Positions 26,335-38,744 of a stretch of 64,000 nt of DNA are shown in pieces. The DNA is from Paramecium tetraurelia (lineage: Eukaryota). The stretch covers positions 178,048-242,047 of the forward strand of contig CT868672.1 in assembly GCA_000165425.1 (NCBI GenBank). The letters run 5' to 3'. Numbering within the stretch: position 1 is the first letter of the stretch; every line of letters starts with the position of its first letter. A model generated the notes under the pieces. It was not told where the DNA came from and did not search any database. It saw only the letters and a program-made list of their open reading frames with translations. The position numbers and the translations under genes are program-made.

Positions 26335-27860
26335 TTTAATTATTAGAGTAAAAGTTTCCAGATAATTTGAAATAATTCAATATCCCTTAACATTTAATGT
26401 TAAACTATTAAGAACTTTAAGAATACGATACAAATTTCATTTTAATGATGATTAAGTATAATTGTTATCCCCTGAAAGATAGTTTAAAGATTTTCAATAA
26501 TTTAATTAATTTTTCATAGAATGAATTGAGATTGTTTGTACTCTATTTAGAGATGAGTTAAACAATAGGATTAGAGAAAATGCATTCTTATATTTTGAAA
26601 TAAATAAAAAAACTAAATGAAACCTATATTATATAAATATAATGATGAATTTAATAACGCTTAATTTTATTTATTATTTTATCTTGTTATCTTAATTTTT
26701 TGTTAAATTATTATAGCACGCACTCTTTTATTCATTTATCTGAAATTGTGAAAAATATCATAACTACTAAAAGATATTTTCAGTTGAAAAATAATTATAA
26801 AATTCAATACCCCAAAAAAAAGATATTATTGAAACAAATTAGTGGAAATATTCAAAGATTGAAATATGCTCGTTTTTTAATTTAAATTACAGAAGAAGAA
26901 AATGGCATTTCTTATATTTTATCGAACTTTATTTCTTTACACTTAATATCAAATCCATTTTAATACGATAATGTTTTTATAATATCGAATTGTTAACTCA
27001 TGGCAAGATTTAATTTTTTAAGAAAATAAATTTAATAAATTGAAATGTTCATGGTTCATGCTTAAAATGGTACGAAAGAATCTTAAGAAAAACAGAATTA
27101 AAAAGGAGAAAATCAAAAGCAAGAGTAATAACATGAACAAAATTAAATAAAAGAAGCCATTTAAGAGCTCTAACAAAAGCAACACAAGAATCAATGATAA
27201 AAGTGTAATATATAAAATATCATAAAATTCATAAAACTCTAGTATTTTCTCTAGATATCATCCATATTAAATCTTTTTGGCTTGTAAATAAACTATATTA
27301 TGATATATACTTAAAGTATTTGCTCTATCTAAAATTTAAAAATCTAATTAATAAAGACTTAAACATTATGAATTTTAAATCGCAGAGTACAAAGTGAGGA
27401 TACTTTTTTTTAATTTATTTGGTATTTTAAATAAGATTTGGATACTTGATTAAATAATTTTTGAGATTTATCTATTTCTTTAAATCCAATTTTTATCTTA
27501 AAAGTTCCCAATTGTTACTATCCTATTTATTTTTTAAAATTGCTAGGATGTACTTTAAGATCTCATGACTTTATTTTTTCTTGACATAGTATTTCTAATT
27601 TTCAAATAGTTTTACAATCAATAATTTTATTTATCTATGTTTTTTAAGTTTAATATTATAGCATAATAATGATATTAGATTTAAAGTTATAATTCTTCAT
27701 ATAGGTCTAAATTAAAAAGCTATCTATCTATGATTATTTTAAATTAATAAAAATTTCTAATTTATTTTCAAATAGTTTATGCTCATTTTGAATAAGAGAT
27801 GCAATTTTAGAATAAAAATTGAAAATAAAAATGAAGGCAAAACATCTGATACATAATAAA

Positions 27861-28388
27861 TCATTTCATTAATTCTTTCATTTTTTATTCAAATTATTTT
27901 TGCAATACACCTTATGGATCAAAGTATCGTAAATCGCCAGTTTTTTTGACTCTTAATATTCTTGTATAATATTTGTGATGCATTTATGTTAAGTTATCAA
28001 GTTAGTTTGTTAGCGATTATTAAAATAAGAAAAATGGGCTAAAAAAGACAGGGATTCTTAAAGGAATTTTAACATAAATGGGCCAAGTCAAAAACTTTGG
28101 AAATATTATTAGATCTTACTTTAGGGATTCTTTTCATTTATAAATTAAGCACTGTTCCCAAAGCAAATATACCTAATGTATTTCTTACAAATCCTATTGC
28201 AGTCTTTTTGAATAAAGTCTGAATTAATATTATCAATCAAATACTTCATCTTATTTTTCAACAAAATCAGGGTTTTGCATTAAAAAGAAGAACATATTTT
28301 GTGAATCTACTTAAGCAAGAGACATTAAGAGCAATTGATTATTTGGGTCGTTTGGATTGCCTATTGGATTTTGAAATGGATTGTTCAT
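27861..28388 (-). CDS. Small membrane protein (~158 aa, two hydrophobic segments)
   Basis: MNNPFQNPIGNPNDPNNQ...; two tiny introns; ends KTGDLRYFDPQGVLQKQFEQKMKELMK-TGA. Confidence 0.75.
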
Positions 28389-28459
28389 TTAATTTTAATT
28401 TAAGGTAAATATTATTACAAAATAGTTAGAATAAATAGCAATATTTAATACGATGCAAA

Positions 28460-30200
28460 TCAATATTTTTATATAATCAATTTACTATTTACAAAATTTA
28501 GCATTCCTGCAAATATTTGAATCAAATCCAAATTAGACAATTAGTAGTTCTTTAATTGTTTTCCAATAAAATTATCAATGCCTTTAGTGTCAATATATTG
28601 TATGGCACCCATACATTTATCCTCATTCTTAATAGGTATGGTTATTGTAGGAAGGTTCGTTTCAATATCAGCCAATTTATTAAAATATCTATCTCTATAA
28701 CAAGAATCAGAAACATAGAATTATCCTGTTTTATAAACATAACCAATGATCCCACAAGTCTTTGGTACTTTTTTCCTATGCTGCTCAACAAACGTGAATA
28801 AAGCTTCTTTATCTTACATATCTTTAAAATAAATCTATACTTATTTTAACTCGTATGTTTTAGATAGTATTTGTTATGCTAAAATCATAAATTATTTTTA
28901 GTCAACAGACTACTATAAAATTAAAGAAAACTTCAAGATTTATTGCAAAGTTTCACAAGTTTTAGTATTATACTCTTAAAAGACATATTAATAGAAATGT
29001 ATAGCAGCCAGTTGAGAAACCATTTAGATCAAAATTTCATCTTCTCTTTTGAATTACTGATAAACTGATGAGATAATAATCACACCAATGATTTCCTCTT
29101 TTTCATAAAGTGGACAAGCGAGCATTGATTTTGTTTTATTCTATTACTTTAAATCGTAATCCTAATCAAATCTTACATCTTAATAAACGTCATTTATATT
29201 TAAAATTTGACCTTACTTAGTTACAAACCCTAAAATGCCTTTGAATGGATAATAAGCTTTTTATTAACCATCTTAGCCTTTAGTCCAAAATATGTGAAAT
29301 TTCGAGTCGTATAAATAAACTTATGCTCGATCGCATTCGAATAATTCTAAAAGCAATTTCTAATAGCTTTCAAATGTTTGAGATGGTGTAAACTATTGTA
29401 TTTCAATAGATAGTTTTATAATTTTCTTTAGTTTTTCAATATAAATAATGCACTTCTCTGATAAATCCTTAGCAAATTTGAGTGGTTCAAAAAGGTACAA
29501 TAAATACTCTATCATTTGAACAACATGATAAATACCTTAATATTCTATTTTCTATAAGTATTGATATAAGTCTTTTTCATTAAGAGTAAAGATCTAAATT
29601 AATTTTTTATATGACATAGATTTTAAATTGGATGGCTTAAAATCTAGTAAATTAATTATAAAATTCTGATCTATGGCTTCTTAACTAATTTTTCTTAATT
29701 GATCCTTCATAGTTAAAAGTTAACTCTTACTTTTGACACTTATTAATCTACATCTAGGGAACTTCTTCGGATTAAAAATTTTTATTTGGGAGTCGGATCT
29801 AATCTGCTGCTGGATGTCATTTCTATGTTTTTAGATTAGCACTCTCTCTTTATTGGACTGCAGTCTTTAGATTTATTCCTATCTTGATGAGACGACGGTT
29901 CCTTTTGAATTAGATCTCCATTTTAAATGCTAGATGCCTTGTATGATTGGAGAGCATTAGAAAATTTTGTATTTTATTTTTCCAGATCAAATGCTATTTT
30001 GATTAATTAATTTAAAAGGTTCTGAAACTAAGGAGTGAGCTGTTTCCTTCAATCATTGTATAATTTTACATCATGTTCTTAATTTCTTCCACAACATTAA
30101 CAAGAGTCGAATTCAGAGATGATTTCATGGGTCGAGCAGATTATGGCATTCCTGTGCTGCTACGTTTTCTTTAAGGAGAGATGGATATTCTAAAACTCAT
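28460..30200 (-). CDS. GAF-domain protein
   Basis: KGILGFVTKQGQILNINDVYQDVRFDQDYDLKQQNKTKSMLACPLYEKEEIIGVI is a classic GAF motif; a second degenerate GAF-like C-terminus follows (CMGAIQYID...DLIQIFAGML). Confidence 0.8.
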
Positions 30201-30347
30201 TATAATAAAAAATAAAGTAATTATATTGATGTCATTTAACAATCTATAATTTTCTAATCACTTTTAAATTAATAATATTTAATTTAGACTTTAAATAATA
30301 TTATTTATATATGTAAGTGCCTCCTGTATTATATAAAACATTAGAAC

Positions 30348-32451
30348 TCAATCTTATTTTGATGAATTTATAAAGTCCTACAATAATTGATCAAAGTAAA
30401 GAGAAACAATACTTTTAATCTCTTTATTTTTATTTGATTCGACTTTTGAAAGTTCTTCTTTTTATTTTTCCTTTTGTAGTTATTATTATAAATATTATTC
30501 ATATTTTACTTTTTCCAAATTATCTTAATCAACTCTCACCTTATTATTATTATAAGATAACTCATTCTATTAAACAATCACCAATTATTTTTAACAACAA
30601 ACCCCAACTTCAACTTTATCGAAGGTTGGAGGCCGATTAAGCCCTATTATGCTTTAGTATTGCAGTTTTTTCTATTTCCTATCAATGCCTAACTCTGCTT
30701 CATCTGTTTATTGAAATTTACTTGCATAAATATTAATTTATTTAGGAGAAACCTTTGGAACAGCACTTTCATTTCTAATTAATGATGGCCCTTGGATATT
30801 AATTAATTCGTTTTCTTTAAATAACGAATCGCTTAAATTACAGACTTTATTTATTCCAAATTTTGGTTTCATTTAAAATAATTAAATCAATCGTAAAAAA
30901 TTGATCAAACTTGGAGAATTACTGATTTCAAAATTTAATTAAAATAAGTACTCAGCTTCCTTTTTGGAGAGAGAGTATTCGAAAATAAATGTAAATGCTT
31001 CTAAAAATTACTGTGGTAGGCAAAATTCCTCTCCTATCTCTGATCTATGTTATGAAGAAATCACACTTACTTTTGGGTTTTTTTAATTTTTTTTATAGCA
31101 TCTTGTAAATAGTTTAGCTTATTAATAATCTTAGTAGAGATCTATTGAAATAATTATCCTTATTCATTAATTGTAATTAACTCATATTATGGTAATAGAT
31201 GTAAAATTCTAGATTTCAGAACAGTAAGTTTTAAATCTCTTTCTAGTACATTCTAATTATAAGGTGATTCTTCAGTTAACAGAAACAAGGTTATATCGTA
31301 GGATTCTTCAGCATTCAAAAAAAATGGAAATCTATCGATTTAGATTTAAAATACTTTTAAAATTGCGATTAAATAGAGAAAAATCTGTAATCTTCATCTT
31401 TTAATAAGTAGTTCTATATTTCTTTTTGTTCTACCATAGATCTTTTTAATCTAAACCTTAAAATTGCTTTAATTTCTTCAATAGTCTATTTTGAATTATT
31501 TTGAATTTAGATACCTTTGTCTTCTTATTTCTTTTTTCTTTACTTTTAAGAACTTTAGAGTTCGACTAATTTTGTTTCCAAATTCTTAACTTCTTATTAT
31601 AGATTTTCTATGATATCCTTTTTCTCTGATATTAGTAAGTCTTATTATTTCATTTATTGCCGTTATTAATTAATTTATGCATTCAGATTAGCTAAATTTA
31701 GCTGGAGCTCTTGTATTTTACTGTCCTTTTCTTTTATTGCATGCAGGGAGTTATCAACAGTTTCTCCTTCACTTTATATTTCTTTTATTACAAGTCTATT
31801 TTATGACAATTAAGTTTTTTCCCTTTGATGTTGCTTTGGCGTTTAAAATTACTAAAATTGATTACAATTTTATTATAATTATTCAGATTATTAATTAACT
31901 TATTATTGTAATTTTTGAATTTCCTTTTGCAAGCCTTCATTGACCGTATTAATGTCATTGATTTCTTGTTTTAACTCTTTAATTTTAGATATATGGCTTT
32001 AGTATTGTGATGACTTTTAAGCTTCAGACTAATTATTTAATGCTTCATCCAGCTTCTTTTTAAGTTCAATTGTTTCTTCAAAGTACTTTACGATTTGTGT
32101 TTATAATTCTTTCATTGGTTATGTTTTAACTAGATTCTAATGGAACAATAACTTTTATTTTAAAATAAAAATTTCATTCTATTAGGTTTAGATTGTATTT
32201 TTTAGAGAAGGAATGCTATCAAATTGGTCTGAGTTCCATGATTATATTTAAAAAATATTAACTCTGTTCATATCTTGATCCTCCGAATTTAGTTTTATGT
32301 CTAAGGGTATATTGAGTTTTTACTTTTGATATTATTGCTTCTAGTTTTTGCTTTTAGCATCTCCCTCAGTTGATATAGGCGATTGTTTAGACGAAACTTT
32401 GAATCTATTAGCTGAAATTTAACTAGTATGTGCACTTTCTGGCCTTTTCAT
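30348..32451 (-). CDS. Coiled-coil hypothetical protein
   Basis: MKRPESAHTSQISANRF...; long Q/E/K coiled coil; ends QLLQDFINSSKQD-TGA. Confidence 0.75.
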
Positions 32452-32477
32452 TAATAATTATAATTTCTAATTAAATT

Positions 32478-32997
32478 ATGGTATCAATAAGAAGAGCTGA
32501 AATGCAAGATCTATAACATATGCAACACTGCAATTTGTGGTGTTTGCCAGAAAATTACACATATAAATACTACTTGTATCATGGAATGGTTTGGCAATCA
32601 TTATTATATGTTGCAGAAGACATTGTAATTAACATCAATAGATTTTGAATAGAATAGTGGCAGAATTGTTGGGTACGTATTGGCCAAATAAGATGAAGAA
32701 GATGAAGAAGGCACAAAGTTGGAACATGGACATATAACATCCCTTTCAGTCTTGAGAACACACAGAAAATTGGGATTGGCAAATAAAGTCATGTAAAGTA
32801 CACACAGAGACATGGACAAGATATTTGAATCGCATTATGTTTCCTTGCATGTTAGAGTTTCGAATAGAGCAGCCTTGGGATTATACAGAGACAAATTGGG
32901 TTATGAAACATTTGATACAGAAGAGAAATATTATGCTGATGATGAAAATGCTTATAATATGCGGAAATGGTTTAGAAAAAAGCCAGAGAAGCAATGA
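32478..32997 (+). CDS. NAA10: N-alpha-acetyltransferase 10 (NatA catalytic subunit, ARD1)
   Basis: [75 protein letters not shown]; one 28-nt intron. Confidence 0.96.
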
Positions 32998-33040
32998 GTG
33001 TGTATCAAATTATAACAATTACCACATATAAATAATATTG

Positions 33041-34022
33041 TCATAGTCTAACATTATTATTCTGTTGTATTTTCCTTATGAATTCTTAACCAAATATTTC
33101 GAAAAGGGGTAATCCAGTGACATCTTCAGAGAATGTTATTTCTGGCCATTAATTGATTTCTAAAACAACTAGTCCATTTTTTTCTGAATCAATTATGTCG
33201 ACTCCTCCAATTGTCAGATTAGAGTCAATTGCTAAACAAGCCTTTTCTGCTAATCTAAAATATTCCTCTTTTTTTTTACTATCCATCTTCGATTCAATCT
33301 TAAAATCATCACTATAGCCATTGGATTTAAAATCCTTTCATAATTAAAGTATGTTACAATATTATCTTAGAATTCGGTTACTGATACTGCTTTTCCACCG
33401 ATAACTAACACTCTGATAGATCGACCAACAGAATCACCAACAAAATCTTAAATTATAGCCTGTTCTCCATTCCAAAGAGATTTGCAGAAGATCTCTGTGC
33501 TTTAAATTTTATTACTTGACAATTTAACACCTGTTCCTTCATATCCTACAACTTCTTTCATGATTGCTTTGTTTTCAAATTGAGATAAGTTTTTCTTAAA
33601 CTATTATACAGAGAATGAAGCACTACAACGAGGAAATGGCACTTACCCTTCACTAAACTTTGCATATTGTAATAGTTTGTTTTACAATACATGTTCAGTT
33701 TATGGTGAATAAAGTGTTACCTTCCCAGCCGAAAATGCAGCAAAATTAAAATACATATAATCCATGTAGTGTTTTGGTGCCATATATCCATAACCTAAAA
33801 ATGCATCAAATTATATTTGCTCTCCATTTCTTAAAAATATAAATTCCTATTATTTGTTTTATTGAATACACTTCCGATTATGACACTTAATTCTTCTAAA
33901 TCAGTTACAATTATTTTCACATTATCTTTTTTTAAACACTGAATGACCAGATCATCCATCATCCCATAAAATATAGGATCTGGATTTTTCATATAGAGAA
34001 TAATAGAGTTTTCGTTTAGCAT
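33041..34022 (-). CDS. RimK/LysX-family ATP-grasp ligase
   Basis: LQNKLLQY...VPFP, AIMKEVVGYEGTGV, IIQDFV, RSIRVLVIGGKAV, DFKSNG, GGVDII, VVLEINQWP; two tiny introns. Confidence 0.85.
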
Positions 34023-34277
34023 GATTTATTAGGGATTCCAATTCTCGAAATTTATTATAGAAGCTCTAAATTCCAATCAATTCTTCAAGAATTATTGTAA
34101 ATTCATGAATCACTGTTAATAATCTAACATATAATAATTCTTTATTAAAATAATAAACAAATGCAGTAGCCTCTGTGTAACAATACTGCTTCCTGCAAAT
34201 CTATACATTTTTAGAATAATATATTTTTAGTACTTCAATTTATTAAAAATTTACTATTTTTATTTGCAAAATAATAA

Positions 34278-36390
34278 TCATTAAAAAGTGTTATATTATT
34301 TTAAATAATAAAAAGCTTGTTCGTTATTTCCCAATTTCTTATGAATCTACATCAAAGCAAAACCAGCCTTGGATTTCACTGGATGATCTTATGGCAAACT
34401 CAAAATGTCCTCTAGTATTTCCATCCCTTTGTTTACTATATTAATATGTAAGTATATTCTATTTAAAACACTAATAATACCTTGCCAGATTGTATTTCAC
34501 CTCCAAAGAATCAACTTAGCAATCTTTATAACAATCAAAGTAATAAAGACTTTTCTTGAACAGTTCTGCCTGGTCTGTTGCTAGTCTTCCTGTCATCTCT
34601 TATAAATATTTTACACATATTAATAGGTTATATAGTGGATTCTTTTGATCATTCTCTCGTAACTTTAATAATTAATCTAATTTATATGGAATAACACTTT
34701 GCTAAAAGCAAGAAATCTTTCTTGTGAAACTATTAAAAATACCTCTTAATTTAGGTTAAATATTTTAATCTATAATCTAAATTAGATATAATATCAAGTT
34801 TTATTCATCAATGTATTTTAAATAAATTGGAGCATAACTATATTTTCTTTCCTTTAAAGATGCCCACAACCCATATTAAGCCAATTTTTAAATAAATTCT
34901 TCATAATACTTATTATCATTATTAGCAATTTTTTTGAGTCTCAATTGATAGACCAAATGAGTCAATTTAAAAAGTTCCTAAGATTTATCATTCTCCAATA
35001 GCGATTCGAACACATTTAATATAATCGTAAAGAAATTTTAATATCCAATTTCAACTGAAAGACTCGTTGTTTTCTTTCTTAACTGGTTACTGATAGTGTG
35101 AAATTTTCTTAATCTTCTTTTTTTATGCTTCCTTCCAAATAGTTATTCATACTCCTCTCTCTTAATACCATCAAAGTATTTCAATTTGTTATATGACTTT
35201 TCCTCTTAAGTCAGTATTTTCCTTAAGAAATCATACTTTTCATTAACATCAGTGGTATGTTTCAATTTCTTATATAGAAATAAAATTTAATCTTTTGTAC
35301 TTGGTTAAACAGGAATTGGAGGCTCTTCAATAATTTATTATGCATCAGAATTAAAATTGAAGTTATTGAATTTAGTGAGAATTTCTTACTTCAATTGAGG
35401 ACTGAATTAATCTCTATAGTTATATAACACTTATAAAAGTTCTTATTTAGGAATATTATCTAGTTTGTCAATCAATTCAATCAAACTTTTACAAGATTAT
35501 TCTTAAAATTACGTATTCTTATCACTATTTAAATAAAAGTCTACTATCTATTAATAATCCGTAAAACTTTATTATAAGCATTATAAATAGAAATTTACTA
35601 AGCGATAACTGTGATTTTTAAGGATAGCTGTCATAGTTTTTGATCCAAAGTATCCATCCAGTAATTCTCTCATTTCTTCCAAGTTTTTGGACTTCTCTAA
35701 AATTTCGCATATCATAATCGTTGATTTATCAGTCAAAGGAATTGATTTTAATATTTGTTTTGCATCTTCCAACTAATTCTTTTTTACATATAATTTAGCC
35801 ATTCTCTTAATACTCTCCTGATGTAATTGATGTTATTATAAACTAATAGCAATTTCAACCAAAACTTTCAATTATTTAATTCCTTTTTCATATTCATAGC
35901 ATTTCTCTAAGCAATCAACTCTCTCAGACATTAATTAAATATTTGGAGCTTTATTTCTTTATCTCAATAGCTTACCAAGATATTTCGCAGCTTGGTAGTA
36001 ATGATAAAATATTGCTTCACTTTATATTTATTCTTATTCCAATTTTTGTGCTAACTTCTTCTCCAAAAAAGCAATTTTCTTCCATAATTTTGGAGATGTT
36101 TTTATTTTAGTGGCAATAGTGAAATGATGTATTGCTTTTTCATAGTTGCCTTATAATTTCCATATGTGGCCATACGTTATGAAGGCTCTTTAGTACCTTG
36201 CATGTTGACTAATAATCTCATCTAGAATCTGCTTGGCTTTTTCGATATTGTTATTCATGATAATCTCTAATTTAGCCTCAGATAGTTTATTTTCTAAATC
36301 TTTTGGTTTCTTATTGAAGGCTTTTCTAGGGTGGATCACATTTTCATCTTAATTAGAATTTTAGCTCTCCTCTTCTGAATCACTTGACAT
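34278..36390 (-). CDS. TPR protein resembling TFIIIC subunit Tfc4/GTF3C3 (tau131)
   Basis: N-terminal TPRs (AKQILDEIISQHARYQRAFITYGHIWKLQGNYEKAIHHF). C-terminus NPLYNLLI...EVKYNLARIYLHINIVNKGMEILEDIL...KAGFALMQIHKKLGNNEQAFYYLKQY parallels the GTF3C3 C-terminal TPRs. Confidence 0.65.
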
Positions 36391-36429
36391 AAAATAATTT
36401 TTATAAATATATAAGATTATTTATATTGG

Positions 36430-38675
36430 ATGGCTGAAATAGGAGAGGAAATAACAATTAAAAGGAAAAAATAGTATGGATTATGTTCTAAATTATGGTG
36501 TCTAAGATGCATGAATTGTTGTAAAGTATAAAATTATTGAATGATATATTTTTACTATTTTAGGCTGATGATGTTTCAATTTTAACATCGAGAAATAGAA
36601 AGGAGTTGTCTGTTAAATTGATGGCAAAATATTAGAATGCAATTTAATTGGTATTGTTACTCATTAAAATACAGAATCCAGAAGAAATCCAAGTTTTGGA
36701 TGTTCTTATATTGTTGTATACCTTGGATGAGAAGTCTTGGGCCTATCAATATTTATACCAATGTAAGTTGATTTCGAATGATGAGAGTCCGAGAAACGAC
36801 TTAGAATTTTATATCCCTTAATTGATGAATTACTTAGTGTTTCATGAAGAAATGCTAAACGTATAAACATTTACTAAATTTAGGAAAACATCAGTTAATT
36901 TATACTTACATCATGCATTCATAATTTCTACTTTGCATAGTTGGTATATTGGACACTCCATTCAACAAGTGCCATAGTATTCAACAACTAAGTAACCGAA
37001 TTTTAAAAGTAACTACCTTGATATAAAATAGAGTAAAATTGTACTTGCAAAATCTAGTCAAAAGAATGGTTTTGAATCATGAGACGAATTATTAGAGAAA
37101 GGAATAGGATGAAAAAGTAAAAGAACTGATTTCTTTGTATGGCACAACTCAATTTGAATAAAATTAATTGAAATGCTTAATATTACCTGAGCATATACAA
37201 TTATCCAAATATATCCCTCTAGAATAAGAAGAAGGGTATGATTTTATGTCCTGCATCAATTTTTGGAATGATATCATATCAATTTCAGACAAATTAAAAT
37301 TTGCTGATCCGAAGATCATTTCTTTAAGAGCTGATCTATCATAAATAAACACCAGATTACCTGCTAATGTATACATCCCATTTGTGAAAGGTACAATTAA
37401 TTTAGATATTCTAGATCAATTGAGACATTACAAAATCCTAAATATTGTTGTTCAAGAAACCAAAATCTTCTCTACTAAAGAAAGAGCCCCCTTTTATATT
37501 TGTATAGAAGTCTACAATGTCGAAAAGGAAGAGAGTAAATTTGAGGATAAAAGAGAAAGGAAGAATTCCGAATTCAATTTTGAACTCTCTATGTTTAGCG
37601 ATTTTAGAAGTCAATCTAATTTAGCAATGTCTTAGGTCTCAAATCAAAGCTTGGGTGTTTGTAAAATTAATATGTATTTAAATAGCTGAATGTTATGAAA
37701 TAGAATTAAGTAGGGAGTAGAAGTGGGCAAATAATGTACTTTTAGATTTTGAGAAAGTTGGATAGGAGATATTTGGTGAAGATTCAAATTAAATAAGTGA
37801 AAGGATTAGGCACTAGTCTCCATATAGTCATTTCCGATCTTGGAGATTAGTTCATTTAATTGTTAAAACTGGTGACAATTTGAAATAAGAACAATTTGCA
37901 CTCCAATTGATCAATTAATTTTAAATGATATTCTAAAAGGAAAGACTTCCTTTAAAATTAACAACATATGACATTTAATCCCTAGGACCTAGTTCAGGTA
38001 TCATGGAAATGGTCAAAGATGCAGCAACTATTGATTCACTTAAAAAGAAATTAAATTCCATTGATAAGGATATTACTCTAAGTCTCTTTTTCAAGAAGTA
38101 TTATGGGGCAAATTTACACAAGGCTTAGAGAAACTTTTGTTGCAGTTTAGCTGCCTATAGTTTAATATGTTATTTCTTGTAAATAAAGGACAGACACAAT
38201 GGGAATATCTTGTTGCATAAGTCTGGGAAAATCTTGCATATTGATTTTGGTTTTTTTATTAGCATATCACCTGGGAAAGGATTGGAATTTGAAAAGAACG
38301 TTCCATTTAAACTGCTCTCTGAATATATTGATGTTTTGGGAGGAACTAAATCTGAGTTGTTTAATCTATTTAGGAAATTATTTTTCAAGGGATTTGTTGC
38401 TTGTCAAAAACACTAAGATTAAATACTGTTACTTGTTAAAATGATGTATAGTGGACATGGGTATACTTTGCCATGTTTTAGCAAGGGGGAGATTGCTATC
38501 CATGAACTTGAATCTAGATTTAATCCACCTTGTTCAAATGATGGAGAAATATCAGTGTTTACATAAAAGTAAAATATCTTTAGTTATTATTAGTCTAATC
38601 AATCAATCTCTAGATAATTGGAGAGCGAAGTGGTATGATAAATTTTAATATTACTTTTAAGGAATATTCTATTGA
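36430..38675 (+). CDS. Phosphatidylinositol 4-kinase (type III beta/Pik1-like)
   Basis: LPANVYIPF, IFSTKERAPF, LIVKTGDNLKQEQFALQLI, SLAAYSLICYFLQIKDRHNGNILL, HIDFGF; ends YDKFQYYFQGIFY-TGA. Confidence 0.93.
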
Positions 38676-38744
38676 TTATGAAACTAATATCTATTATTTA
38701 ATCAAAAATTAATATTTTATATTAAAATATATATATGATTGTAA

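Noticed and set aside
34023..34106. Upstream in-frame ATG with an in-frame TGA before the RimK-like gene (possible selenocysteine or readthrough)
   Set aside because: The extension has no recognisable homology or redox motif, no SECIS was recognised, and the ATG at 34022 has a normal AT-rich context.
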